Positions 18,236 to 28,576 are shown, numbered from the stretch's first letter. The stretch is DNA of 61,341 nucleotides from an uncultured Gammaproteobacteria bacterium (GCA_964610395.1 CAZSXP010000001.1:1-61341); one strand, 5' to 3'. The notes: generated from the sequence alone by a model not told the origin. Translations and numbers: made by a program.

Positions 18236-18880
18236 ATGGATATTTTCTTTGTTAGACATGCTATCGAAAACTCTATTGCTTCAGGTGTGCCTGAAAATAC
18301 GATAGTACTACTATTATTACTGCCAATTGTGGCTACAGTTATAGCAGGTATTCGTCAAATCGTAGGAATTCGTGGTTTTGGTATATTTTTACCTGCCGCA
18401 CTTTCAATTACATTTGTGGCTATTGGTCCAATTTTAGGAATACTTTTATTTTTGGCTATAGTTGCAATATCTACAGTAGTAAGGTTTGTAACAAGGAAAC
18501 TTAAATTAAAACTTCAATATTTACCAAGAATGGCACTTATATTATGGTTTGTGTCACTTGGGGTTTTGGGGATTATTTTTACAACAAACATAAATGTTTC
18601 TATTTTTCCAGTTCTTATCTTAACTTTATTGGTTGAAGACTTCACAAAAATTCAACTTGGAAAATCAGTTAAGACTGCAATCGGTATAACTTATCAGACT
18701 TTAATACTAGCTCTTGTTTCATATCTACTCTTAACTTATGTACCTTTTCAAAAAATGGTATTAAATAATCCTGAAATAAGTTTACTGGGAACTCTAGTAA
18801 TAGATATTATTTTGGGTAAATATTTAGGGCTTAGGTTTACAGAATATTATAGATTTAGAAAACTCATAAATAGCAAATGA
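18236..18880 (+). CDS. 7TM membrane protein of the ATP-grasp/transglutaminase-associated type
   Basis: RQIVGIRGFGIFLP, YLPR, FPVLIL, LGKYLGLRFTEYYRF pattern; translationally coupled to ATP-grasp gene. Confidence 0.85.
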   Translation: MDIFFVRHAIENSIASGVPENTIVLLLLLPIVATVIAGIRQIVGIRGFGIFLPAALSITFVAIGPILGILLFLAIVAISTVVRFVTRKLKLKLQYLPRMALILWFVSLGVLGIIFTTNINVSIFPVLILTLLVEDFTKIQLGKSVKTAIGITYQTLILALVSYLLLTYVPFQKMVLNNPEISLLGTLVIDIILGKYLGLRFTEYYRFRKLINSK

Positions 18881-20190
18881 AAAGCTCGTCAATTTTAGGA
18901 CTTAACGCTAGGAGAGTTTTGTTTACTGGAAAATATAATAGCCGTGCTGCTAAGAAAATTGCTGATTCAAAACTTCAAACTGATAGGGTCTTAAGATATG
19001 CAAATGTTCCTCATCCAACTATATTTAAAAAATTTAGAACGCCAGCTGCTGTTTTTGATTTTAAATGGTCTGATCTACCTGATGCTTTTGCACTCAAGCC
19101 TTCTCGTGGACTTGGTGGCGAAGGAATTATAGTTGTCAAAAAAAGAATTTCTGATGATGTATGGTTAACAAGCTCAAAGAAAAGAATAACCGCTGAAGAT
19201 TTAAAATTACATACACTAGATATTCTTGAAGGAGCTTTTTCAATGGGCAACGAACCAGACAGTGCTTTTATCCAAGAATATGTAGGAAGACACTCAAGCT
19301 TCAGAAAATATGCATTTCGTGGAACACCTGATGTTCGCGTAATTGTTTTTAATAAAATTCCAATAATGGCGATGCTTAGACTTCCGACAAAAGAAAGTGG
19401 GGGAAGAGCCAATTTACATCAAGGAGCACTTGGACTTGGTATTGATATTGCAACAGGAATTACAACAAAAGCTATTCAAAATAATAAAGAAATAATCCTA
19501 AAACCCGACACAAATAGGAAGTTACGAGGAATTAAAATACCTTTTTGGAACAAGATATTAGAGACTGCAGTAACAGGACAAATAGCTTCAGGACTGGTTT
19601 ATGCAGGAGTTGATATTGTATTGCATCCTGAAAAAGGACCACAAATAATTGAGCTAAATGCACAACCAGGGCTTTCAATTCAGCTTGCAAATATGGAAGG
19701 ATTAAAGAAAAGGTTAGAAAGGGTTGATGATATTAATGTAATAGATGCTATACATGGAGTTAAAATTGCAAAAGCATTATTTGCCAGTAAATTTGTTCAT
19801 CGTGTTAAAAATACTGAAGACGCCAAAACAATTCAAGCAATTGAAGAGATAAAAGTAATAGATGTTGAGGGAAGATCTAAAAGAGTACTTGCAAAGATAG
19901 ATACTGGTGCATGGAGTTCTACAATTGACATTAATTTGGCCAAAAAAATGGGCTTACTTCGTAAAAATAAAATAATTATGACCAGAAGAAAGCTTTCCTC
20001 TCTTGGAGAGGAGCAACGGCCAGTCATTTCTTTGTCTTTTTGGCTTGCTGGGCGTAAAATTGTAACAAGAGCAACAGTTAGTGACAGAAAATTATTAAGA
20101 TACGATGTTTTAATAGGTAGAATAGATTTACAAGGTTTTTTAATAAGTCCAACGATTGAAAAAGAAAATTTAGTCAAAGCAAAATGGTAA
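18877..20190 (+). CDS. Alpha-L-glutamate-ligase-like ATP-grasp fused to C-terminal retropepsin-like protease
   Basis: ILGLNAR, KPSRGLGGEGI, AMLRLPT.ESGGRANLHQG, ELNAQPGLSIQLAN; C-terminal AKIDTGA...LIGR. Confidence 0.9.
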   Translation: MKSSSILGLNARRVLFTGKYNSRAAKKIADSKLQTDRVLRYANVPHPTIFKKFRTPAAVFDFKWSDLPDAFALKPSRGLGGEGIIVVKKRISDDVWLTSSKKRITAEDLKLHTLDILEGAFSMGNEPDSAFIQEYVGRHSSFRKYAFRGTPDVRVIVFNKIPIMAMLRLPTKESGGRANLHQGALGLGIDIATGITTKAIQNNKEIILKPDTNRKLRGIKIPFWNKILETAVTGQIASGLVYAGVDIVLHPEKGPQIIELNAQPGLSIQLANMEGLKKRLERVDDINVIDAIHGVKIAKALFASKFVHRVKNTEDAKTIQAIEEIKVIDVEGRSKRVLAKIDTGAWSSTIDINLAKKMGLLRKNKIIMTRRKLSSLGEEQRPVISLSFWLAGRKIVTRATVSDRKLLRYDVLIGRIDLQGFLISPTIEKENLVKAKW

Positions 20191-20996
20191 TTTTAATACT
20201 TACATCCGGAAATGTAGCTAAACTTGACGGTTTCAAAGATAAAGGCGTAACTTTGGGAAGTTTTGATGATATAAACTATAGTTCTGATTCTTTTGACTTA
20301 TATTATAAATCTGATATCTTAAATCAGTTTTCAGTTATCTACTTCCGGATGGTTGGAAAAAGTTTAGAAATTGCAACATTAGTTTCTAATTACGCGGCTA
20401 AAAATAATATTAAAATAATTGATGAAGTGTATTCGAATAGTTTACTAATGCCCGTATCTTTGGGTAAGTCATTAGAATTAAAAAAGCTTAGTGAAGCAGG
20501 GATTAAAATTCCACGAACTCAGTTCGGTAGTTTTGATGGTATGGAATTTCCATATATTGTAAAATCAACAACAGGTCAAAAAGCTAGGGAAGTTTGGCTT
20601 GTTAATAGCAAGGAAGAATTAGAAAGCCTTAAATCTAAAAAATTTGAGAAAAATAAATTCTACTTTACACAGGAGCTAATTCCTAATGCAAGAAGAATTA
20701 GAGTTTTAGTAGTAGGTGACAAAGCCGTCGGCGCAATCGTAAGACAGACCAAATGGAACAAAGATGAAACAAAAGAAACATTAATGCCAGTTCCAGAAGA
20801 TGTGGCCAATTTGGCCGTGTCTGCGACTAAAGTGGTAGGATTAAACATCTCGGGAGTTGATATTTTGATTAATAACAAGACAAATGAGATGTTTGTTATT
20901 GAAGTAAACGCTGCACCTAGTTGGAAATTAATTAATAAATATTGTGGAGTAATTGTTGAAGATGAAATCATTAAATATTTACAAACAAAAATTTAA
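20184..20996 (+). CDS. RimK-like ATP-grasp ligase
   Basis: PYIVKS, QELIP, IRVLVVG, SGVDIL, IEVNAAP. Confidence 0.88.
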   Translation: MVILILTSGNVAKLDGFKDKGVTLGSFDDINYSSDSFDLYYKSDILNQFSVIYFRMVGKSLEIATLVSNYAAKNNIKIIDEVYSNSLLMPVSLGKSLELKKLSEAGIKIPRTQFGSFDGMEFPYIVKSTTGQKAREVWLVNSKEELESLKSKKFEKNKFYFTQELIPNARRIRVLVVGDKAVGAIVRQTKWNKDETKETLMPVPEDVANLAVSATKVVGLNISGVDILINNKTNEMFVIEVNAAPSWKLINKYCGVIVEDEIIKYLQTKI

Positions 20997-21585
20997 GAAA
21001 TTTGGAGTAAGCCCAGAGGCCTTGCAATGGAAAAGCAAAGGTGCGGCACACCAAAGATTTCGCCAGTTTTGGGCGGAAATTAATTTTGACAATAAAAATG
21101 TTTTGGATGTTGGCTGTGGATTTGGAGAATTAGGTAATTTCTTAACCAAAAGGTATGAAAATGTATCATATAAAGGCATCGATATCATGCCAGAATTTAT
21201 AGAGAATGGAAAGAAAATTTACCCTAGCTTAAACCTTGAAATAGGTGATTATTTTAACCATCCAAAAGGCGAAATCTACGATACCATAATTTGTTCAGGT
21301 GCGTTAAATAGTAATTTTGAATCAGAAAAAGAAAATAGACTTTTTAGAAAAAATGCTATAGAAACAATGTTTCTTCATACGACTAATGTATTAGCGTTTA
21401 ACATGTCAGGTGGCCATCCTGCAAAGAAAAACCCGCCTGACGGCAAGATAAGCAGTAATATTTGGTATTCTGATAGCTTAGAAATTTTAGAATATTGTAT
21501 GACCTTAACTCGTCGTGTGATCCTACGCCAAAATTACCACCCATCCGATTTTACAATATTTATGTACAGAACAAAATCAAAATAA
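20962..21585 (+). CDS. Class I SAM-dependent methyltransferase
   Basis: VLDVGCGFG motif I, YKGIDI, DTIICSGALN. Confidence 0.9.
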   Translation: MKSLNIYKQKFKKFGVSPEALQWKSKGAAHQRFRQFWAEINFDNKNVLDVGCGFGELGNFLTKRYENVSYKGIDIMPEFIENGKKIYPSLNLEIGDYFNHPKGEIYDTIICSGALNSNFESEKENRLFRKNAIETMFLHTTNVLAFNMSGGHPAKKNPPDGKISSNIWYSDSLEILEYCMTLTRRVILRQNYHPSDFTIFMYRTKSK

Positions 21586-21587
21586 AT

Positions 21588-22011
21588 ATGGAAATTACAT
21601 TAAATCCAAACCACTCAATAAAAATTGATGAAATCGCACTTGAACTTTTGTTTGATAAGCTTGGTGCAAAACGAGAAATATCTGCTAACGCTGAAAAATC
21701 TCTTGGCTCCTATTCAAACAAAGCAAGCAAGCTTGGTATGGAAGCTGTTTGGGGCAAAAATAGATATAAGGATTTTACTGTTTTTTGTGCTGAATTTATA
21801 GAAAAATTCGAATGGACTTTTACCTTGGGATGAATTTAAAGATCATACACAAGTTCGAATTGAAAATGGAAAATTATGGCAAGAGGGTAGAAAAGACGAG
21901 AGATTAAGAATAGATACACCAATATCTGACTATAAAGATAAATTGATAGGTTCAATACCGCCAGGTTTTATTACACATTTTTGGGTTTGGCTAGAAGAAT
22001 CCAAAAAATAA
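21588..22011 (+). pseudogene. Hypothetical protein, apparently frameshifted near A-run 21802-21806
   Basis: ORF 21588-21833; a second frame opens after TAG 21799 and reads NGLLPWDEFKDH...WLEESKK to stop 22011. Confidence 0.45.
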
Positions 22012-22020
22012 AGGTGAACT

Positions 22021-22059
22021 ATTGCAAGGTCAGTTAATTGCAGGGTCAGACCCTGCAAT
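22021..22059. repeat. REP palindrome plus half-site at RAYT 3' end
   Basis: ATTGCAAGGTCAG half-site (22021) then ATTGCAGGGT-CAG-ACCCTGCAAT (22037-22059). Confidence 0.9.
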
Positions 22060-22719
22060 AGTGTCGTCAGATAGGTCTAATTCTTCGTTAATATATTTAA
22101 ACTTTTCAACAAATTCTTTATATGATTTTACGTTATTATGTTTCATGAATGTGCTTTCGTTAAAGTAATCTAATATAACATTTTTATTTACCCAAGAGGT
22201 ATTATTTAAACCTAAATATGTAGAGTACGAAGAATAACCCTCAACTAAGTTTTTGGTGTATTTCAATGGATTTTTATGAATATAGCGCGACACATCTAAT
22301 AGGTAATCTTTATTTATTACATTCGTAGCTTTGTATCTACCTTGGAATAGGGGGCCAGACCGCTTGTATTTTTTATTAAAATACATTGAATACCTTGTAA
22401 ATAAAGATTTCGTAAATTCTTTAATAGAGTTCTTATCTTTTTGCTTGATTAATAAATGAACATGGTTTGGCATCAAACAAAAGGCAATTAAATCAATTTC
22501 ACCAAAATAATTTTTCCTAGGATGAAATTGCAGGGTCAGACCCTGCAATTTAGCTTCAGATTTAAAAAACTCGTTATTCGATAAGTATTCTTTTAAGTAG
22601 GAGAGGAAGACTTTATAGTCTTGTTCAACCAAAAAGATTTTCCTTTTTTCAACCCCGCGATTATAAACATGATAAATAGAGTTATCCATGTAATATTTGA
22701 CAGAACCCTTAGCTGGCAT
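22030..22719 (-). mobile_element. REP-associated tyrosine transposase (RAYT; IS200-like Y1 HUH family)
   Basis: YHVYNRG, FCLMPNHVHLL (HUH), GPLFQGRYKA, RYIHKNP, YSSY motifs; flanked by palindromes in inverted orientation. Confidence 0.92.
22527..22549. repeat. REP palindrome inside the RAYT gene
   Basis: ATTGCAGGGT-CAG-ACCCTGCAAT; translated LQGLTLQ. Confidence 0.9.
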
Positions 22720-22732
22720 GATTTAAGTATAC

Positions 22733-22755
22733 ATTGCAGGGTCTGACCCTGCAAT
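22733..22755. repeat. REP palindrome upstream of RAYT
   Basis: ATTGCAGGGT-CTG-ACCCTGCAAT; loop orientation inverted relative to the 22037 copy. Confidence 0.9.
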
Positions 22756-22813
22756 ATCATACCTGAATAATATGATATACAATCGTGACGATTATAGGGT
22801 ATAATATAGGTGT

Positions 22814-23698
22814 ATGAAAAAGATTCTTGTTTTGGTAGACTCAAAAAGTTCTAGTAAAAAAAAGTTAGTCAGATACTTAAATGCTAACTCTAAAAATAAA
22901 TACAAAGCCTTTCTATATTCCTTTACTGATTTATATTTTGATATTAAGCCAGGCAAAGTAAAAATCAAAGTGAAAAGCACTGATTTATCAAAATTTGATT
23001 TAGTATTTGTACGACGTGCTGGAAAATATGTCCGTTTTATGGGCGCAATTTCAAAGTACTTAGATTATAAAAAAGTTAAATTTATAGATCCCGCATTTCG
23101 TGAAATAGGTATGAGTATGGATAAGGCCTCAAGTACTCTAAGACTGGCGATAAAAAGAGTACCTGTACCTCACACCATTTTTTGTTTTAAAGAAAATATT
23201 ATTTTTAATAAAAAAAAGATAATACAAACCTTGGGCTTGCCAATTATTGCAAAAGCAATATTATCACAAAGAAACCAAAATATTTATATATTAAAAAATG
23301 AGGATGATTTTGCGATACTGGTAAAAAAATCAAACAAAGAATTTATATTTCAAAAGTTTATAGACATCGAGAAAGAATACAGATTTCTCATTATGGGTGA
23401 AAAAGTTATGGTTTTAGAGCAAAAATTCAAAAGAAACTACCAGAATATTAAAGTTGAATATCAAGACCTTACGGGTCCATCAGTTTTTCTTGAATTAGAT
23501 TGTGCAACACAAAATGCAAATAAAATTGCTTTAAAAGCGGTAAGCGTCTTGGGGCTAGACATTGCGGGAGTAGACCTCGCTATTGAAAAAGGTAAAAATT
23601 ATATAATCGAAGTTAACAAAGGTCCTGGAATTGAACCCAATTCCAGGACCTCACCTGAACTTAAAGCTTTTTCTGATTATTTAAAATCAATTACTTAA
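22814..23698 (+). CDS. RimK-like ATP-grasp ligase (third ATP-grasp of the locus)
   Basis: DKASSTLRL, PIIAK, FQKFID..EYR, AGVDL, IEVNKGPG. Confidence 0.88.
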   Translation: MKKILVLVDSKSSSKKKLVRYLNANSKNKYKAFLYSFTDLYFDIKPGKVKIKVKSTDLSKFDLVFVRRAGKYVRFMGAISKYLDYKKVKFIDPAFREIGMSMDKASSTLRLAIKRVPVPHTIFCFKENIIFNKKKIIQTLGLPIIAKAILSQRNQNIYILKNEDDFAILVKKSNKEFIFQKFIDIEKEYRFLIMGEKVMVLEQKFKRNYQNIKVEYQDLTGPSVFLELDCATQNANKIALKAVSVLGLDIAGVDLAIEKGKNYIIEVNKGPGIEPNSRTSPELKAFSDYLKSIT

Positions 23699-24080
23699 GT
23701 TCCACTGTTGCACCAGCTGCCTTTAATTTTTCTGCAGCGGACTTTACATCCTCAGGTTTTGCATCTTTTAATACTTCAAAAGGAACATTATCAGTTGCAT
23801 CTTTTGCTTCTTTAAGTCCTAATTGTTGATTAATTTCGCGAAGTGCTTTAATAACTGCAATTTTTGTTGCGCCTGAATTTGTCATTACTACAGTTTGATT
23901 TCCACCAGATTCTTCTGCTGGAGCATCGCCGGCTGCGGCTACTGCTGGAGCTGCTGCTACTGCTGTTGGCATTGCACTAACTCCAAGTTTTTCAGAAAGG
24001 GTAGTTACCAATTCTGATAAATCTAAAACTGTTAATTTACTAATTTCTTCTACTAACTCATCTATTTTTTTATTAGCCAC
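23691..24080 (-). CDS. rplL: 50S ribosomal protein L7/L12
   Basis: KIAVIKALREI, LGLKEAK, AGATVELK. Confidence 0.97.
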   Translation of the reverse strand: MANKKIDELVEEISKLTVLDLSELVTTLSEKLGVSAMPTAVAAAPAVAAAGDAPAEESGGNQTVVMTNSGATKIAVIKALREINQQLGLKEAKDATDNVPFEVLKDAKPEDVKSAAEKLKAAGATVELK

Positions 24081-24594
24081 GTGTACTCACCTCCTTTAGT
24101 ACGAACAATAACTTTTGCATATTTCCATTTAGAGTACCAACCAATTGATACATTGGGGATATTAAGGAACCAATAACTTGTGAATATAAAACATCTTTTG
24201 AAGGTAAGGCCGAAATTTTAATTAAAGAGTCTTTATCTTGAAATTTACCTTCAACTATTCCTATTTTAAAATTTGGAACCTGATTTTCCTTTGCAAATTT
24301 TCCAATAACCTGAATAGGAGCGATTGCATCAGCAGTAGTTAAAATGAGAGCTGTCTGACCAGATAATACTTCATCGGTTAAAATCGCATCATTAATTCCA
24401 GCCTCTTTGCCAGCCAACTTAATTAGAGTATTTTTAACAACTGTCATATCAGAGCCAATAGCTTTAAGCTCTAATTTTAATTTTTGTTGAAGAGAAACAG
24501 AAAGACCAGCAAAATTAACAAATACAATAGACTTTGAAGCCTTAAGCTTGGGGATTAAACTTACTACTAAATCTTTTTTGTTTTGTTTGTTCAT
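24073..24594 (-). CDS. rplJ: 50S ribosomal protein L10
   Basis: VVKNTLIKLA, ISALPSKD; operon position. Confidence 0.95.
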   Translation of the reverse strand: MNKQNKKDLVVSLIPKLKASKSIVFVNFAGLSVSLQQKLKLELKAIGSDMTVVKNTLIKLAGKEAGINDAILTDEVLSGQTALILTTADAIAPIQVIGKFAKENQVPNFKIGIVEGKFQDKDSLIKISALPSKDVLYSQVIGSLISPMYQLVGTLNGNMQKLLFVLKEVSTRG

Positions 24595-24597
24595 AGG

Positions 24598-25368
24598 TTA
24601 TTTTATCATGACTTTAACACTAGGTGACATGGTAGATTTTATAAAAGCTCTTGTTATTGTTTTTGAACCACCTAGTGACAAAATAATAGCTTCTGCATTT
24701 TTGACTAATTCTTCATTTTTTTGAGAAACTTTACCAAAAGAAGTATGAATTAATGGTGTTTCTCTTTCAGTTTTAATTGTGACCATATTGCCTTTGAATT
24801 TGTCCGCATCTTTTAAAGATTTTATAACAGTTCCGTTTTTTGGATTTGGCATTAATCCTTTTGGACCCAAAAGTCTTGCAAAGACTACTAATTTTGGCAT
24901 CATTTCAGCTGTTGCTAAAAGTAAATCAAAATCTATTTTTCCTGCCTTTAGTTTCTCAACAGTTTTGTCATCTGCTATTTCTACTTTCTTTTGTTTTCCT
25001 GCTGAAAAGGGAAGTGTCACTTGAGCTGTTATTCCTACTTTTTTCATAACTAAATGCATTTCAAAAGTACCATCAAATTTTATAGAAGAAATATCCTTTA
25101 CAAGTTTAATTGCATCTTCTAAAGAATATAAAGTAGCTTTTGTTATTTTTGCTTTTGATTCAATATATTTCTTTCCTCGAACTCTTTCTTTACTTTTTGA
25201 CTTTTCTTCAGTTAATTCTGGGCTAGATATTTCTTCTTTCTTAATTATTATTTCTTCATTTTTGTTTAGTAATGCTATTTTTTTAGCTTTTTTCTCAGCA
25301 TACAACTCGGCAGAAGTTTTAGTTACTACTGGTTCGTTTGTTAATATTGCTGTTTTTGTTTTACCCAT
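24598..25368 (-). CDS. rplA: 50S ribosomal protein L1 (charged N-terminal extension)
   Basis: LGPKGLMPNPKNGT, STMSPSV. Confidence 0.95.
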   Translation of the reverse strand: MGKTKTAILTNEPVVTKTSAELYAEKKAKKIALLNKNEEIIIKKEEISSPELTEEKSKSKERVRGKKYIESKAKITKATLYSLEDAIKLVKDISSIKFDGTFEMHLVMKKVGITAQVTLPFSAGKQKKVEIADDKTVEKLKAGKIDFDLLLATAEMMPKLVVFARLLGPKGLMPNPKNGTVIKSLKDADKFKGNMVTIKTERETPLIHTSFGKVSQKNEELVKNAEAIILSLGGSKTITRAFIKSTMSPSVKVMIK

Positions 25369-25786
25369 TTATTTTTATTCCCATGCTTCTTGCTGTTCCT
25401 TCTACAATCTTGACAGCCATACCAAGGTCTTTAGTATTTAAATCATCCATTTTATCTTTAGCAATTTCTTCAGCTTGTGCTTGTGTTAGGGTAGCATGAA
25501 CTGCACGGCCAGCTGTACCTGATCCTTTTTCTAAATTTAATATTTTTTTAATCATTGCTGATACTGGAGCTTTCTTAATTATGAAATCAAAACTTCTATC
25601 TTCATAAATTGTGATAACTGCAGGAACAACTTCACCTTTCATATCTTTGGTTTTGTCATTGTAAGCTTTAACAAATTCCATGATAGCTACACCATGTTGT
25701 CCTAATGCTGTGCCAACTGGAGGCGCTGGAGTTGCTTCGCCACCTTTTAAGTTAATTTTAACTAATGTTTTAATTTTCTTCGCCAT
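25361..25786 (-). CDS. rplK: 50S ribosomal protein L11
   Basis: ATPAPPVGTALGQHG, GTARSMG. Confidence 0.98.
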   Translation of the reverse strand: MAKKIKTLVKINLKGGEATPAPPVGTALGQHGVAIMEFVKAYNDKTKDMKGEVVPAVITIYEDRSFDFIIKKAPVSAMIKKILNLEKGSGTAGRAVHATLTQAQAEEIAKDKMDDLNTKDLGMAVKIVEGTARSMGIKING

Positions 25787-25836
25787 ATTCGATTATTAAT
25801 CTCCCACAAATTTAATCGTGGTAGATGTATTTTACT

Positions 25837-26451
25837 TTAAATCTTTTGTATTTGCAAGAAATCAAGTTCAACTGGGGTTTCTCTTCCAAAAATACTAACT
25901 AATACTTTCACTTTACCTTTTTCTTCATCAATTTCATGAATAGTACCAAGAAAATCTGTAAATGGTCCATCTGTAATTTTGACTGCTTCTCCACTGACAA
26001 ATTTTGTTTTATAACGTGGAGCTGGGGAACTTACAAATTTTTGTATGTTTTTAACCTCAAGTTCTGAAAGAGGTGTTGGTTTATTTCCTGCACCTACAAA
26101 GCCCGTAATACCCGCTGTTGTTCTGACAGCAAGCCAAGTAGGGTCGTCCAAAATCATTTTGACAAGCATATATCCTGGGAATATCTTTTCTTTGATTTGT
26201 GATTTTTTACCACCACGAATTACTATTTTATCTTGAGTAGGAACTAACATTTCAAAGACACTGTTTTTCATATCCATTGTTTCAACCCTTTGTCTTAAAG
26301 TTTCCATGACTCTGACCTCATGACCTGAAGAAGTATGAACTACAAACCATTTGGCTTTTGGATTTTCTTCTGAATTAATAATAATATGACCAGGAATCTT
26401 TTTCTTCCCAGTTCCTTTTTCGTCAATTTGTAAATCTTGTGTTTTATCCAT
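25837..26451 (-). CDS. nusG: Transcription termination/antitermination factor NusG
   Basis: FPGYMLV, GITGFVG, KOW motif, [12 protein letters not shown]. Confidence 0.98.
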   Translation of the reverse strand: MDKTQDLQIDEKGTGKKKIPGHIIINSEENPKAKWFVVHTSSGHEVRVMETLRQRVETMDMKNSVFEMLVPTQDKIVIRGGKKSQIKEKIFPGYMLVKMILDDPTWLAVRTTAGITGFVGAGNKPTPLSELEVKNIQKFVSSPAPRYKTKFVSGEAVKITDGPFTDFLGTIHEIDEEKGKVKVLVSIFGRETPVELDFLQIQKI

Positions 26452-26637
26452 TTATTTTTGCAAAAAATATTCTAGTAATTTTGTAAGTGAAAAGTCAACA
26501 CTACCTACAAAAGCTGCTACAATTATTGAAATAATTATAACTAAACTTAGGTAGTTTACCACGACATCACGTTTTGGCCAAGTGACTTTTTCAAGTTCGA
26601 GTTTAACCTCTGATAGAAAATTTGGAATGGTCTTCAT
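26452..26637 (-). CDS. secE: Preprotein translocase subunit SecE
   Basis: ELEKVTWP motif plus single TM, upstream of nusG. Confidence 0.95.
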   Translation of the reverse strand: MKTIPNFLSEVKLELEKVTWPKRDVVVNYLSLVIIISIIVAAFVGSVDFSLTKLLEYFLQK

Positions 26638-26640
26638 TTT

Positions 26641-26835
26641 TCAATAATTTCTTTTCTTTTCAAGCATTCTGTTGAATTCAATCTTATATCTTTTTTCCTT
26701 TTTTCTCTCAGAAGGTTTCTTAAACCTTTCTCTATCACGAAGTTCCAGCAAAAGGCCAGACATAACTGTCTTCTTGCGAAATCTTGCCAGTAGTGAATCG
26801 TCCGATTCTCCTTGTTTTTTTGTTACTATGAACAT
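26641..26835 (-). CDS. rpsU: 30S ribosomal protein S21
   Basis: GESDDSLLARFRKK, FKKPSERKK. Confidence 0.88.
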   Translation of the reverse strand: MFIVTKKQGESDDSLLARFRKKTVMSGLLLELRDRERFKKPSERKKEKRYKIEFNRMLEKKRNY

Positions 26836-26887
26836 AGTTAAGATCGCCTCCCTTCATTATCATTACTTGTTATTCTATCATATTAAT

Positions 26888-27436
26888 CTAAATGTTTGTA
26901 GGTGGGAGAATGCGGGGGATGTTATTGTTTTTATTTTTCTTTATTGCAAAGTAGATTGATAAAATAATAATTAAAACAAAAGCTAAAAATATATAAATTG
27001 CATATTTTGCAAAAAACATATTTTCAACACCTGTAGTTGGTGTATTTGTAACAATTGGAATAATTTCATTTGTTGCAACTGGTATTATAGTTGGTGTTAT
27101 TGATGGAGTCGCTGATATTGTTGGTTCTGGAGTTATAGTAGCCAGTTTTATTGGAGTAGTAGTGATTGTTGGTGTTGATGTTGATGTTGGTGTCGTCGTT
27201 GAACAAATACAGTCAACACTTGAAGAACATAATGGATTTCTACAATAACCTTCAAAACAGAAAAAATTGGCTTGACAATTATAATTACTTCCACAAGTTC
27301 CTCCACAAAAGTTAGGTTCACCTTGAGCTCTTTTGTTGACATTAAAATTTACGTTTATGGCTGACCAGACAAAAAGAGGAAGCACAATTACAAAAGCAAT
27401 AAATAACCCAGTTATACCCAATTTTTTAGGGGACAT
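26888..27436 (-). CDS. Membrane protein with Cys-rich domain and Pro/Thr-rich stalk
   Basis: N-terminal TM, CGGTCGSNYNC..C..C..C..C.C, PT-rich linker, C-terminal TM. Confidence 0.75.
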   Translation of the reverse strand: MSPKKLGITGLFIAFVIVLPLFVWSAINVNFNVNKRAQGEPNFCGGTCGSNYNCQANFFCFEGYCRNPLCSSSVDCICSTTTPTSTSTPTITTTPIKLATITPEPTISATPSITPTIIPVATNEIIPIVTNTPTTGVENMFFAKYAIYIFLAFVLIIILSIYFAIKKNKNNNIPRILPPTNI

Positions 27437-27463
27437 ATACCATATTAGAAATATGGTATTATA

Positions 27464-28477
27464 TTGTCAATGGCTAACAGAAAAGCGTTAATTACAGGAA
27501 TAACAGGACAAGATGGTAGTTATTTGGCCGAGCTTCTTCTTAAAAAAGGTTATATCGTAGCAGGAATAGTTAGAAAAACTTCACATGAGGACTATGCAAA
27601 TATAGGTCATATCCAAGAGGATTTGAAATTGTTTCAAGGAGATTTGCTTGATCCTGTATCTTTAAGGGAAATTATTCAAAAGGTTGAGCCTGATGAAGTA
27701 TATAATTTAGCATCACAAAGTCATCCATCAGAGAGTTTTAAACAACCAATCCATACAGCAGAAATTACAGGAATTGGTGCACATAGAGTGTTAGACGCCA
27801 CACTTGATGTAAATCCAAAGACAAAATTCTATCAAGCAAGTAGCTCTGAAATGTTTGGCTGGGTAAGAGAAATTCCACAAGCTGAAAACACACCATTTAA
27901 TCCTGCAAATCCATATGCAGCAGCAAAATTATATGCTTTTTGCATGACTAAAATATATAGAGAAAGTTATAACATGTTTGCAACAAATGGAATTTTATTT
28001 AATCACGAATCTCCAAGGAGACACTTAGGTTTTGTAACCCAAAAAGTAACCTATGCTGCAGCTTGCGCAAAACTTACTATCAAAAATTCTGCTCATTTAA
28101 ATGAAGAAGGGGAACAAATTGTAAAAAATGGAAAAGTAGCCTTAGGAAATTTGGAAGCCAAAAGAGATTGGGGATTTGCAGGGGATTATGTAGAGGGAAT
28201 GTGGAAAATTATGCAAGCTAAAAAGGCCGATGATTTTGTATTAGCAACAGGGGAGACACATACTATTAAAGAATTGTGTGAAGAAGCATTTAAATATGTT
28301 GGGTTAAATTGGGAAGATTATGTAGTAATAGATAAAAGATTTATCAGACCAACAGAAACAGGGCCTTTAATTGGAAACGCCTCGAAGGCGAAAAAAATAT
28401 TGGGTTGGGAACCTAAAACAAAATTCAAAGAGTTGGTTGCAATAATGGTTGACTCTCATCTTGCAAGGTTAAAATAA
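27464..28477 (+). CDS. gmd: GDP-mannose 4,6-dehydratase
   Basis: ITGITGQDGSYL, YQASSSEMFG, PYAAAK, FNHESPRR, RDWGFA. Confidence 0.97.
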   Translation: MSMANRKALITGITGQDGSYLAELLLKKGYIVAGIVRKTSHEDYANIGHIQEDLKLFQGDLLDPVSLREIIQKVEPDEVYNLASQSHPSESFKQPIHTAEITGIGAHRVLDATLDVNPKTKFYQASSSEMFGWVREIPQAENTPFNPANPYAAAKLYAFCMTKIYRESYNMFATNGILFNHESPRRHLGFVTQKVTYAAACAKLTIKNSAHLNEEGEQIVKNGKVALGNLEAKRDWGFAGDYVEGMWKIMQAKKADDFVLATGETHTIKELCEEAFKYVGLNWEDYVVIDKRFIRPTETGPLIGNASKAKKILGWEPKTKFKELVAIMVDSHLARLK

Positions 28478-28489
28478 TAGGGTAGTACT

Positions 28490-28576
28490 GGTTGAGAATG
28501 TGATGTTGTTTTTTTAGAATTTTTGAAAAAATGCGCATTTGCATTAATCTCGATTCCTAATATCACACTCTCAACC
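28490..28576. repeat. Long inverted repeat between convergent gmd and a small ORF (possible bidirectional terminator or structured RNA)
   Basis: GGTTGAGAATGTGATGTT / AATATCACACTCTCAACC, 16 of 18 complementary. Confidence 0.6.

Noticed and set aside
22021-22755. Repeated palindromes as a CRISPR array
   Set aside because: Spacing is irregular (hundreds to thousands of bp), there are no uniform spacers and no cas genes; the pattern fits REPs
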